DNA of 64,000 bases, from positions 446 through 64,445 of the forward strand of contig JBIOJL010000001.1 of the NCBI GenBank assembly GCA_044450885.1, written 5' to 3'. Both the position numbers and the translations under genes were made by a program. The notes under the pieces are model-generated. The model saw nothing but the letters and a program-made list of their open reading frames with translations. It was not told the origin of the DNA and made no database searches. The DNA is from Tepidisphaerales bacterium. Lineage in GTDB: Bacteria; Planctomycetota; Phycisphaerae; Tepidisphaerales; Tepidisphaeraceae. Shown in pieces: positions 8,786-19,400 of this stretch; within the stretch, counting starts at the first letter, position 1, and each line of letters starts with the position of its first letter.

Positions 8786-9944
8786 AGAGCCTCTCGTGCA
8801 AGTTGCGCATGGTGTTGACGAAATCCTCGACACGAGCGAGACGCTGCTCGGGCGAAAGGGCAAGATGCTCGGCAACAAGGTCAAGATCCACGCCATGCGC
8901 ATCCTCACCCAGGCACGGGGACAATTGCTCTGCGATGGCGTGCGTCGAAACAGGCATCCAGGATGATTCTACCATGCCGTCCGCTGCAAATCCTCCTTCT
9001 TCGTGTGTTTCGTGTTTCGTGACTCCGCTCGGCCCCGGGGCCGGGACCTGTGGCGGCGGCCCTACCGCTTCCGCAGGTTGCGCGCCGTGTGGATCGCCAA
9101 ATCCAAACGTCGATCCGCATTCGGGGCAGCGATCGGGGGTGGCGCGAAGGTCGTAGCCGCATTTGGGGCAACACCACGGCGGAAACCCGCGGGCGGGGCG
9201 GCAGGCGCGCCAGACGGCGCGCATCGCCCAGTACGCCAGCAGCGCGACGCACGCGGCCAGCGTCCCGTCCACGACGGCGATCACAGCCCAATCGACGGTG
9301 CCGTTCACATGCGGGATGGTGTCCAGGTTGTCGATGCGCTCGGCATGAAGCCCATAATACGGGCGGTCGGTTGGGTCGTCGACCTGTAGCCTACCGTAGA
9401 CGCGTACCATCTCCCTGCTGGGCGGCGTTGTCATGTTGGCGGGAACGGCAACAGCGAGCGACCCGCCTCCGTGCGGATGGTCTCCGAAGAAGGGCTGCAC
9501 CAGGTTGAACTCGCCGCTGCTGAACGAGGTCAACGACATCCCGGTTACGATCACATGCTGGTTCTCAAGGTGCAGCGGATCACGCCCGGTCTCGCGGGTG
9601 AAAGACTGGAGGTTGACCTTGACGTAGCGGTAGGAGACTTTGCGGGGCGAGGCCGTCGGGACCCAATGGCGCAGCCACAACATCGCCACCACGCTGCACG
9701 CGACCAGCAGCGACCCGACGCCGAGGATGATGCCGAGGCGGCGTCTCACGACGATGATTGTACCATCTACGGAGCCCGCACCACCTCGAACGAGTCCTGC
9801 GGCTTGACCGAGCCGCGGCCGCCCCAGGCGAAGCCGTGGGCAACGTGGCCCCGCGGACGGGCACCGATGACCTGCCGACCTCGACACCGACCGTCGGCCG
9901 CCTGTCCATGACCGCCGACGCCGTATCAGATTCTTGCGATGCAC
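8733..9944 (-). CDS. Membrane protein with a C-proximal zinc ribbon (CPKCGYDLRATPDRCPECG) and a ~75-aa C-terminal extension
   Basis: TM (LGIILGVGSLLVACSVVAMLWL), ~170-aa domain, TM (WAVIAVVDGTLAACVALLAYW), ribbon, Pro-rich linker, then a helical tail (LSPEQRLARVEDFVNTMRNL). A likely start is GTG 9749 just before RRRLGIIL; the 9944 start is uncertain. Confidence 0.55.
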   Translation of the reverse strand: MHRKNLIRRRRSWTGGRRSVSRSAGHRCPSAGPRCPRLRLGRPRLGQAAGLVRGGAGSVDGTIIVVRRRLGIILGVGSLLVACSVVAMLWLRHWVPTASPRKVSYRYVKVNLQSFTRETGRDPLHLENQHVIVTGMSLTSFSSGEFNLVQPFFGDHPHGGGSLAVAVPANMTTPPSREMVRVYGRLQVDDPTDRPYYGLHAERIDNLDTIPHVNGTVDWAVIAVVDGTLAACVALLAYWAMRAVWRACRPARGFPPWCCPKCGYDLRATPDRCPECGSTFGFGDPHGAQPAEAVGPPPQVPAPGPSGVTKHETHEEGGFAADGMVESSWMPVSTHAIAEQLSPCLGEDAHGVDLDLVAEHLALSPEQRLARVEDFVNTMRNLHERLYGDPNFVYRVAEAAEGP

Positions 9945-9995
9945 TTGACCACCTATTGACCCAGACTATTGCCCGGCCATGCCCGGCCATGCCGG

Positions 9996-10115
9996 GCGCG
10001 ACCATTTTTCCGGGCAACGGAGATGTGTCGGAGTACCGACACCACGGGCTGGAAGCCCGTGCCACGAAATTCAGCCGGCCAGATGCGGTTCCCGGAAGAA
10101 CAGTCACGCCCGCCA
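9996..10115 (+). repeat. 120-bp dispersed repeat containing two hairpins (copy 1)
   Basis: Near-identical, with a few mismatches, to the reverse complement of 62931-63050. It contains GTGTCGG-agta-CCGACAC and CACGGGCT-gga-AGCCCGTG. It is flanked on both sides by CCATGCCCGGCCATGC. Confidence 0.85.
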
Positions 10116-10178
10116 TGCCCGGCCATGCACGGAGGTGCTTGCCAGAATCCGGAAACCGCGTTATTGTGCTGGAATCGC

Positions 10179-10252
10179 GGCCGAGTACCCAAGTGGACTA
10201 AGGGGACGGATTGCAAATCCGTTATTCGCCGGTTCGAATCCGGCCTCGGCCT
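10179..10252 (+). tRNA. tRNA-Cys: tRNA-Cys (anticodon GCA)
   Basis: Acceptor GGCCGAG/CTCGGCC, D-arm CCCaagtggactaaGGG, anticodon arm ACGGA-ttGCAaa-TCCGT, T-arm GCCGG-ttcgaat-CCGGC, discriminator T. No encoded CCA. Confidence 0.9.
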
Positions 10253-10336
10253 TTGCCTATTGTCCCGCGGCGATCACTCTGGTCCGATACGTCACGAGAT
10301 TCGCAAGCGGGAACGGGTTTCTCATCCCCAGACACA

Positions 10337-10361
10337 TGGATGGAGCCGGAGTTGAACCGGC
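10337..10361 (-). other. tRNA 3'-half-like fragment (T-arm plus acceptor 3' strand)
   Basis: The minus strand reads GCCGG-TTCAACT-CCGGC-TCCATCC-A, with a canonical T-loop. No matching 5' acceptor (GGATGGA), D-arm or anticodon stem can be folded upstream. Confidence 0.4.
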
Positions 10362-10477
10362 AACACACGGATTTTTCAGTCCCAAGAAAACCGCGTTTCT
10401 CGCTTGTGATCCTTCGACATTGCGTTATGATTACAGCGAGATAGGGGCTCTATGTATCTTCTGTCCGGCCATTTACC

Positions 10478-13400
10478 ATGCATCATGCGATGAAGGAGGG
10501 GATCGTGCGCCGCAACGTAAACTCGTCTGCACGTTCAATCTGTCGCCGTGGCCACCGATTAGCCAGTCTTGGAAAGGCCGCGGCTCATGCGGTCGAGCAA
10601 CTCGAATCGCGTACGCTCCTGAACTCAGGCGGCGATCCCGGAATGCCGGTGTTGCCGCCAGGATGCGTCGGCGTGCAGACGGCGGCCGGGCTGGAGGTTT
10701 CGCACCAGTCGATTGCCGGGCTGTACGCCCCGAAGTACGTCATTCTCGACCGCACGCCGGCGTTTGCCGCGGACGGAACGCTGGCGCCGTTCGCCACATC
10801 CGGCCCGACGGGGCTGACTCCGGCAAAGGTCCGCCGCGCCTACGGCATCGACCAGATCATGTTCGGCTCGGTGACGGGCGACGGCACCGGGCAGACCATC
10901 GCCATCGTCGATGCCTACGACTACCCGACCGCCTGGGCCGACCTGCAGGCCTTCGATCTGGCCTTCGGGCTGCCGAACCCGCCGAGTTTCACCCGGGTCA
11001 ACCAGACCGGGGGGTCGACGATGCCCGGGACCGACCCGGCCGGAAAGGGCAACAGTTGGGCACTGGAAGCGGCGCTGGACATCGAATGGTCGCATGCGAT
11101 GGCGCCGGGCGCCGGCATCGTGCTGGTGGAAGCCACCACGCCATCGGATGCCGACCTGATTCAAGCCGCGGCCGGTTATGCGCGCACCATTCCCGGCGTG
11201 GTGGCCGTCACCATGAGCTTCGGCCGCGACGAAGACTCGGCCGTGACCGGCCTGGACACCTGTTTCACCACGCCCGCCGGACACCCGGGGGTCACGTTCC
11301 TCGCCTCAACCGGCGACAACGGCGCGCCGGGCGGGTATCCCGCGACATCGCCGAACGTGGTGGCCGTCGGCGGAACCACATTGACAGTAGACGCCTCGGG
11401 CAACTACGTCAGCGAAAGCGGCTGGTCCGGCAGCGGCGGGGGCATCAGCAGCTACGAGAACCAGCCGACGTATCAGAAAGGAGTTGTCACCCAGAGTTCG
11501 ACGCGCCGCACGATCCCGGACGTCGCGTTCGACGCCAACCCCAGCAGCGGTGTTTCCGTATGCGACAGTTATGATTTTGGCACAAGCACACCCTGGACCG
11601 TGCTCGGCGGCACGAGCCTGTCATCGCCCTGCTGGGCAGGCATCATCGCCGTCGCCGACCAGGCCAGGTCGCTGTCGGGGCTCGGGCCGCTCGACGGCAT
11701 CGCCAAGACGTTGCCAAGACTGTACAGCATGTCGTCGAGCGCATATCACGACATCGTCACAGGCAGCAATGGATACTCCGCGGGCGCTGGATACGACCTG
11801 GTGACGGGCCGGGGTTCGCCGATCGCCAATGTGCTGGTCCCCTTGCTCGTCGGCGCCGGGCCCCTGGTTACGGGCTCGACTCCGAACGGCGTGGTCGGCA
11901 GCACGCCAACCACGCTCGATTTCACCTTCAACACCGCGATGGATCCGGCCAGTTTCTCGATCGGCACCGACGTGGCCGGCTTCACCGGGCCGGGCGGCAT
12001 CGATCTGAAGCCGACGATCGGGGGGTTCGCCTGGCTGAGCGCGCAGTCTCTCCGCATCAACTTCGCGTCCAGCAGCGCGGAGGGGCTCTACACCATGGTC
12101 ATCGGTCCGCAGATTCTCTCGACCGACGGGCGGCCCATGGACCAGGACGGCGACGGCATTGCAGGCGAGGCGGTTGACGATCGGTACACCGCTACGTTCC
12201 GATACAGCAGTTCCACCATGGGAATTGTCTCCACAAGCCCCGCGGCCGGAAGCAACGTACTGCTGCCGATGACCACGCTCGAAGTGAACTTCACGAAGCC
12301 GTACGATCCGGCGTCGATCGGCACCAACGATCTGACCTTAAGCCAGGGAAGCGTGGCGGGCTTCACGCCGGTGGACAATGACACCGTTCGATACACGCTC
12401 GCGGGCCTGACGGCCGAGGGGACTCTCAATGTCAGCGTGGCGGCCGGCGCCGTCACCGATCTGGCCGGGAATCCCGGCAGTGCCTGGCTGGCCACCTACT
12501 ACCTCGACAATCCGACGCTGGCATTTCCGGCTCCGTTGCAGGCGATCACCAGCGCCAGCGGGTTCATCTACAGCCGCTCGACGACCACCTATCTGACCCC
12601 TGGAGACACCGACAGTTTCACGATCAGCCTCGACGCCGGGCAGGCGCTCACCATCGTCGCCGATCCGGGGACCGGGCTGCTGCCGTCGGTGGCTGCCCTG
12701 GATCCGTCGGGCCTCACGCTTGGGTCGGCGTCGGCTCCCGGCGCGGGCAAGGATGCCGTCTTGCAGACGGCACCGGTACTTGCGGCGGGAACGTATACCG
12801 TGGGCGTATCGGCCCTTTCGGGGACTTCAGGCTCGTGCACGGTGCAACTGCTGTTGAATGCGGCCGTGGAAGCGGAGGGGCACGACGGTGCGACGAATGA
12901 CACCCGGGCGACCGCACAGAGCATTGACGGCGCGTTCGTGGCGCTGATCCCCGGGTCGTACCGGGCGGCCGTTGTCGGGTGGGGCGGGATCGCCGGGGGC
13001 ACCGCTCTGAGCGCCGATTTCACATCCGGCGCCAACGGGTTCACCGTCGACAACTCGGGCGGCGGCCTGTGGCATCTGTCCTCGGGACACGGGGCCGACA
13101 CCGGACACTCCAGCCCACAGAGTTTCTATTACGGAACCGGCGAGAGCGCCACCGGCGGCGGAACCTACAACACGGGAAGCCGCAATTACGGGAGCCTTGT
13201 TTCACCCTCGTTCGTCGTGCCATCGGCCGGCACGCCCACCGTGGCCTTCAACTACATCCTCAGGACCGAAGGTTCCAGTTCCTACGACGTGGCGCGGCTC
13301 CAGATCAACTCCGGCAGCGGGTGGGTGACGCTGGCGAGCTACAACGCCGTTGCTGAGAGCGCCACCTGGAAGGCGGCCACGCCGGTCAGCATCGCCTCAT

Positions 13401-16400
13401 ATTCGGGCAAGACCGTGCAGATCCGATTCTATTTCGACACGGTCGACAGCGCAGCCAACACCTACGAAGGGTGGTACGTCGACGACGTGGTCGTCAAGGC
13501 CGACGTGGCCGGAACGGACTGCTATTCCGCGACGCTGGCGGCCGGCGAGCCCGTGAACGTGGGGCTGAGCCAACTCGCGGGCAGCGGCGCCCACGTGGCG
13601 CTGCAGGATGCCGCCGGTAACACGCTGGCGTCCGGGACAACGGGGGCCGGCAACTTCGCCGAGGTCATCCGCAACTACACGCCGGCGACCTCCGGCGTGT
13701 ACTATCTCGTGGTGACCGCCGGCACGGGCGCGGATTATGCCGTCGTCGTGACGCGCAACGCCGCGCTGGATATCGAGGCCAACGACAGCATCGCACTGGC
13801 CCAGGACATGGCCGGCGCACCGGCCGCCATCGGCACCATCGCGGTCGCCGGCGGTTCGCCGACGACGGTGTTTTCCGACGGCTTCGAGTCGGGCACGCTT
13901 GGCTCGGCCTGGAGCGCTTACGCCTCCGACGCAGTTTATGGCCGGACGCGGGTCAGCAGTTCTTACGGCGCGGCCGGCGGCGCCTATGCGATGCTGATGG
14001 ACACGGCCGCGACCGCCGGTTCGTACAATTTGAACGAGGCCGTGCTCACGGTGAATCTCGCGGGCGCGATCAGCGCTTCGCTCTCATTTTCAACGATCCA
14101 GTTCGCGGACGAGACCGATCCGATGACCGCCGACTTCACCGGCCACTTCAACGGCGACGGCGTGGCGATCAGCGCCGACGGCAACCGCTGGCACCCCGTG
14201 CTCAGCGCGCCGCTCGATTCGACGTGGAAGACATACACGATCGATCTGGTTGCCGAAGCAGCCAAGGCGGGCATGTCGCTCGGCGGCAACTTCAAGATCA
14301 AGTTCCAGCAATACGACAATTTTCCGCTGACGACGGACGGCCGAGGGTGGGACAACGTCGCCGTCACCGCGGCGATGCCGAATGCAGGCGACGACTACTA
14401 TCTGCTGTCGCTGACCGCCGGAACGGTGGCCCGTCTCTCGACGCTGACGCCCGGCGGCGGCCCCGGCGAATTCGTCAACACCCTTGACCCGGCCATCGAT
14501 CTGTACGATCCGGCCGGCAACAAGGTGGCCTCGGACGACAACAGCGCTGGCGACGGACGCAATGCGGCGATCGCATATGCCATTGGCACCAGCGGCACCT
14601 GGAAGGTGCGCATCCGTAGCGTCGACGGCACCAGCGGCGAATATGTCCTGCGGCGTTCGGCCGACATACCCGTGGACCCGACGCCCGCGCGGCCGGATCT
14701 GGCCGACCAGTCCGACACCGGACTGTCTTCGACCGACAACCTCACGCGGTTGAACAACAGTTCGCCGGCCACCGCCCTGCAGTTCCGCATCGGCAATACG
14801 ATCGCCGGCGCCGCCGTCGTGCTCTTCTGCGACGGCCAGGTCATCGGCAGCGCCGCCGCCGATGGGAAAGAAACGGTGATCGCCACGAACGGCTCGACCA
14901 TCCTGCCGGACGGCGCCCATGTCTTCACGGCAGTCCAGACGCCGGCAGGCTCGACGACGTCGCCGGCATCCGCGCCGCTTAATGTCACCATCGTCGCCAC
15001 CGCGCCGGGCATTCCGCCGGCGCCGGTGCTGCAGGCGGCCAGCGACACGGGTATCAGCCCGAACGACGGCATCACCGCCGACACCACGCCGACTCTGGAT
15101 ATCAATGCCGGGCCGTACTACCGCTTGTACCGCAACGGGTCGAAAGTCAGCGGCGATTATGAGACGGCCTCATCCTTCACTTCCGCGGTCCTGCCCGACG
15201 GCGCCTGGGAGTTCACCGTCACGGCGGTGGACGCGGCCGGCAACGAGTCGGCCCCGGGCGATCCCGCGCGGGTGACGATCGACACCGTCGCGCCGGCCAC
15301 CCCCGCCGCGCCGGACCTGCAGGCCGCAAGCGACTCCGGGATCAGCTCAACCGACAACCTCACGCGGGTGCAGATGCCCGTAATCGACGTTGCGGGTTCG
15401 CCCTACTACCGACTCTATCGCGATGGCATCCGCGTCAGCGGCCTGTACGACTCCACGCCGGCGTACGTTTCGGCCAGCCTGACTGACGGCGCTTACGCGT
15501 TCACGCTCGTCTCCGTCGACGCGGCCGGGAATGCTTCCCCCGCCAGCCAGCCGCTGAACATCATCGTCGACACGATCGCGCCCCGGACTCCCGCAACACC
15601 GGATTTGCTGGCTTCCAGCGACGGGGGCGGCTCGGACACGGACAACATCACCAACATCAACACGCCGACCTTTGCGGTGACGGCCGGTCCTTATTTCCGC
15701 TTCTACCGCGACGGGGTTCAGATCAGCGGCGATTACATTTCCGGAACGACATATGCCGCGGCGCCGCAGGCGGATGGCACCTACGGCTATGCCGCCTGCG
15801 CGGTCGACGCCGCCGGCAATGTCTCGCGGATGTCGGCGCGGCTGGCGGTGACGATCGACACAACCATCCTGTTCGCGCCGGACCTGGTGGCCGCGACGGA
15901 CAGCGGCGTCAGCGACAGCGACAACATCACCCAGTTCAACAACAGTTCTCCGCAGAAGGCGCTGCAGTTCCGGCTGGCGAACACTCAGGCGGGCGTGGCG
16001 GTGCAGTTGTACGCCAATGACATCTGTCTCGCCCAGTTCGTCGCGGCCGGACCCGACAGCCTGGTGACGTGCGATGAGTCGGCGATCCTCCCGGACGGGA
16101 CCTACCGCGTGGTTGCCCGCCAGCGGGATCCCATCCGGAAGCTGTTCGTCGAATCCACGCCGATGACCCTCACCATCGACACGGTGGCGCCGCAGCCGGC
16201 GACGCTGCGGCTCGATCCCGCCTGCGACACGGGCATCAGCAGCACCGACAACCTCACGAGTATTGCCTGCCCGCAGATCGACGTGAACGCCGAGTTCTAC
16301 ACACTGTTTGTGGACGGAGTTCAGAATGGGGCAGCCTACGGTTGCGGACAAGCCGGCCCCGACCTCGGCCAGGATGGCGCGCATGCGCTGGCGGCCATCG

Positions 16401-19400
16401 CCATGGACGTCGCGGGGAATGCGGCGCCGCTGTCCGAGGTCCTGACGGTCACGCTCGACACGGAGGCGCCGGATACGCCGCCCGCCCCCGACCTGGATGC
16501 GGGCAGCGACAGCGGCATCAGCAACACCGACAACATCACCAACGACAACACGCCCACGTTCAACATCACGGCCGGGCCGTACTATCGGCTCTACCGCGAC
16601 GGCGTGCTCATCAGCGGGCTGTATGAGACATCGCCGACCTTTACCGCGACGGTGCAAGCCGATGGTTCGGCGGATTACTGCCTGTATGCCGTCGACGCCG
16701 CCGGGAATGTCTCGGCTGCCAGTTCCCTTAACGTGACCATCGACACGGTCGCCCCGTCGGCCCCGGCGGCGCCGGACCTGGACGCATCAACCGATTCGGG
16801 TCTCAGCAGCACCGACAACATCACCAATGCCGCCAGCCTCAAGTTCTACGTCTCCACGGGCGCGGACTCGATGCGGTTGTTCATCAACGGCGCCCAGGTG
16901 ACGCCCGACGGCCAGCCGTCGGGCGAGGTCACGGTGGCGTCGCCGGGCGACGGAGTGTGGAGTTTCACGACGATGGCCGTGGATGTCGCCGGCAATGTAT
17001 CCCCGGCGAGCGCCGCGCTCAGTGTTACCGTGGATACGGTGGCCCCGGCGGTGCCGGCGGCCCCGGACCTTCAGGACGGCAGCGACAGCGGCAGTTCCAA
17101 CACCGACAATATCACCAGGATCAAGACGCCGGCATTCAACGTGGCGGCCGGCCCTTATTTCCAGTTCTACCGCAATGGCGCCCGAATCAGCGGGACGTAC
17201 CAGACAGGCACTTCCTACACCGCGCCCACCCAGGCGGACGGCACCTGGGCGTACACGGTGACGGCGATCGACGCCGCCGGCAACGAATCGGCCGGCAGTA
17301 GCGCGTTGAGCGTCACGATCGACACCGTCGCCCCCGCCGCTCCGGCCATTCCCGATCTGCAGGCGGCGAGCGACAGCGGCGTAAGTTCGACGGACAACGT
17401 CACCAACAACACGGCGCCGCTTGTCGACCTCGAGGCCCCGGAAGCGGGCATCCTCCATTATGTCGTTGACGGACTCGACACGGCCATACCGGTTGACGGG
17501 CCCGGTACGGTGACGCGCGCGGCCGGCGGTGGCGTTGCGCTCGGTCCGAAGATCGCGGTGGCGACCGGAACCGGCACATTTGACGTGGCCGTGGCCGACG
17601 TCAACAACGACGGCATACCGGACATCATCGCCACCAATGCCGTAGCACATACCGTGAGCGTCAATCTTGGCAACGGTGACGGGACATTCCAGGCCGCCAT
17701 TTCCACCTCGTTCGCGCACAATGGCCCCCTGGGAATCGCCGCGGCCGACTTCAACCACGACGGCAAATGCGATGTCGTTGTCGCCGACAGCACCGACAAA
17801 GCCTACGTCCTGTTCGGAAACGGCGCTGGTAGGTTCACGACTGGTCCCGTGCTGCAACTGAGGGCCGGCTGCTCGGTGATGAGGCTTGCCGCCGTGGACC
17901 TGAATGCCGACGGCAATGTCGACGTTGTTGCTGCCGAACGCTTGTACCCCGGCGTCGGCGTAGTCTACGGAAACGGCGACGGGACCTTTCAACCTTGTGC
18001 CTCGTACGACGCGGGCGGCGGGGAAATGTACGAGGTGGCCTTCGCCGACTTCAACAAGGACGGCCGCCTCGACATTGCATACCGCGTAGGAATCGCCGCG
18101 GACTGGTCGATCGTGACCATGCTCCAGGACGCCAGCGGCAAGTTCGGACCGCCCCTCTTCACCACCACCGGCAACAGCATCGGAGGCTTCGCTGTCGGAG
18201 ATTACGACAAGGATGGCTCTGTTGACCTTGTGGCGTCTCCGGGAGGCACCGCCGGCGAATTATACTTCCTCAAGGGGAACGGCAACGGGACTTTCACCCT
18301 GAGTGGACAGTCCGCTGTCGCCGCTGCCGGCCAGTGTGTTTCCGCGGATTTTAACGCTGATGGCAACCTGGATTGCGCCAGTCTCAGTTCCACGGCTGAC
18401 GCGATCGCTCTCCTGCTCGGCAATGGCGATGGCACGTTCCAGGCGTGCAAGGTCTACCCGACCAGCGGCAGCACGTTTGACCTCGTCAGCATCGACTTCA
18501 ACGCTGATGGCCGACCCGACCTCGCCATGCCCGACTACGAAGGAAACGCGGTGAATGTCCTCATGACCAGCCCGGCCGTGCTTGCCGATGGCATGCATAC
18601 GGCGTACGCCCGCATGGAAGACATCGCCGGCAACCTATCAGCCTCCAGCCCGTCGCTTACGATCACGGTCGACACGATCGCGCCCGCCGCGCCGGCGGCC
18701 CCGGACCTGCAGGCGGCCAGCGACAGCGGCATCTCCAACACCGACAACATCACCAACATCACGAACCCGGCCTTCAGCGTCTCGGCCGGCCCCTACTTCC
18801 GCTTCTACCAGAACGGCTTGCAACTGGGCGGGGACTACCAGACGGGAACAAACTACACGCTGGCCACACAGAGCGACGGCACATCGAGCTACAGTGTGGT
18901 GGCGGTGGATGCCGCGGGCAACGCGTCCGCTCCCAGCCCGGCGCTGAGCGTCACCATCGACACGGTGGCGCCAGACACCATCGCGCCCACGGTTCCCGAC
19001 CTCGAAGATGCCAGCGACAGCGGCATCTCCAACACCGACGACCTCACCAACAACGCCACACCGGGTTTTGCCGTCACCGCTCCCGAGGCCGGCGTCGTGC
19101 GGCTGATGGTGGATGGCGCAGCCGGGCCGGCGGTGCAGGTCGCGGGCCCCGGCATGGTCCGCCTGACCATCGCCTCTGCTCTCAGCGATGGCGCGCACCA
19201 GGTGAGCGCTGCGATGGAGGACCTTGCAGGCAACCAGGGGCCCCGGAGCACAACTCTATCCGTGACCATCGACACGGTGGCGCCGGCCGCACCGGCCGCA
19301 CCCGACCTCGAGGCCGCCAGCGATTCGGGCATCTCCAGCACGGACAACATCACCAACGTCAAGGCACCGATCTTCGACGTGGGCGCCACCCCGTACTTCC

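Noticed and set aside
10330-10420. A complete minus-strand tRNA (a GAA-containing loop suggested tRNA-Phe)
   Set aside because: Only the T-arm and 3' acceptor fold. There is no complementary 5' acceptor strand, no D-arm and no stable anticodon stem. It is kept only as a fragment.
9979-11574. 531-aa plus-strand ORF starting upstream of the giant gene
   Set aside because: It runs across the 120-bp repeat, the tRNA-Cys gene and out of frame into the S53 domain. Its sequence is Arg/Gly/Pro-rich noise.
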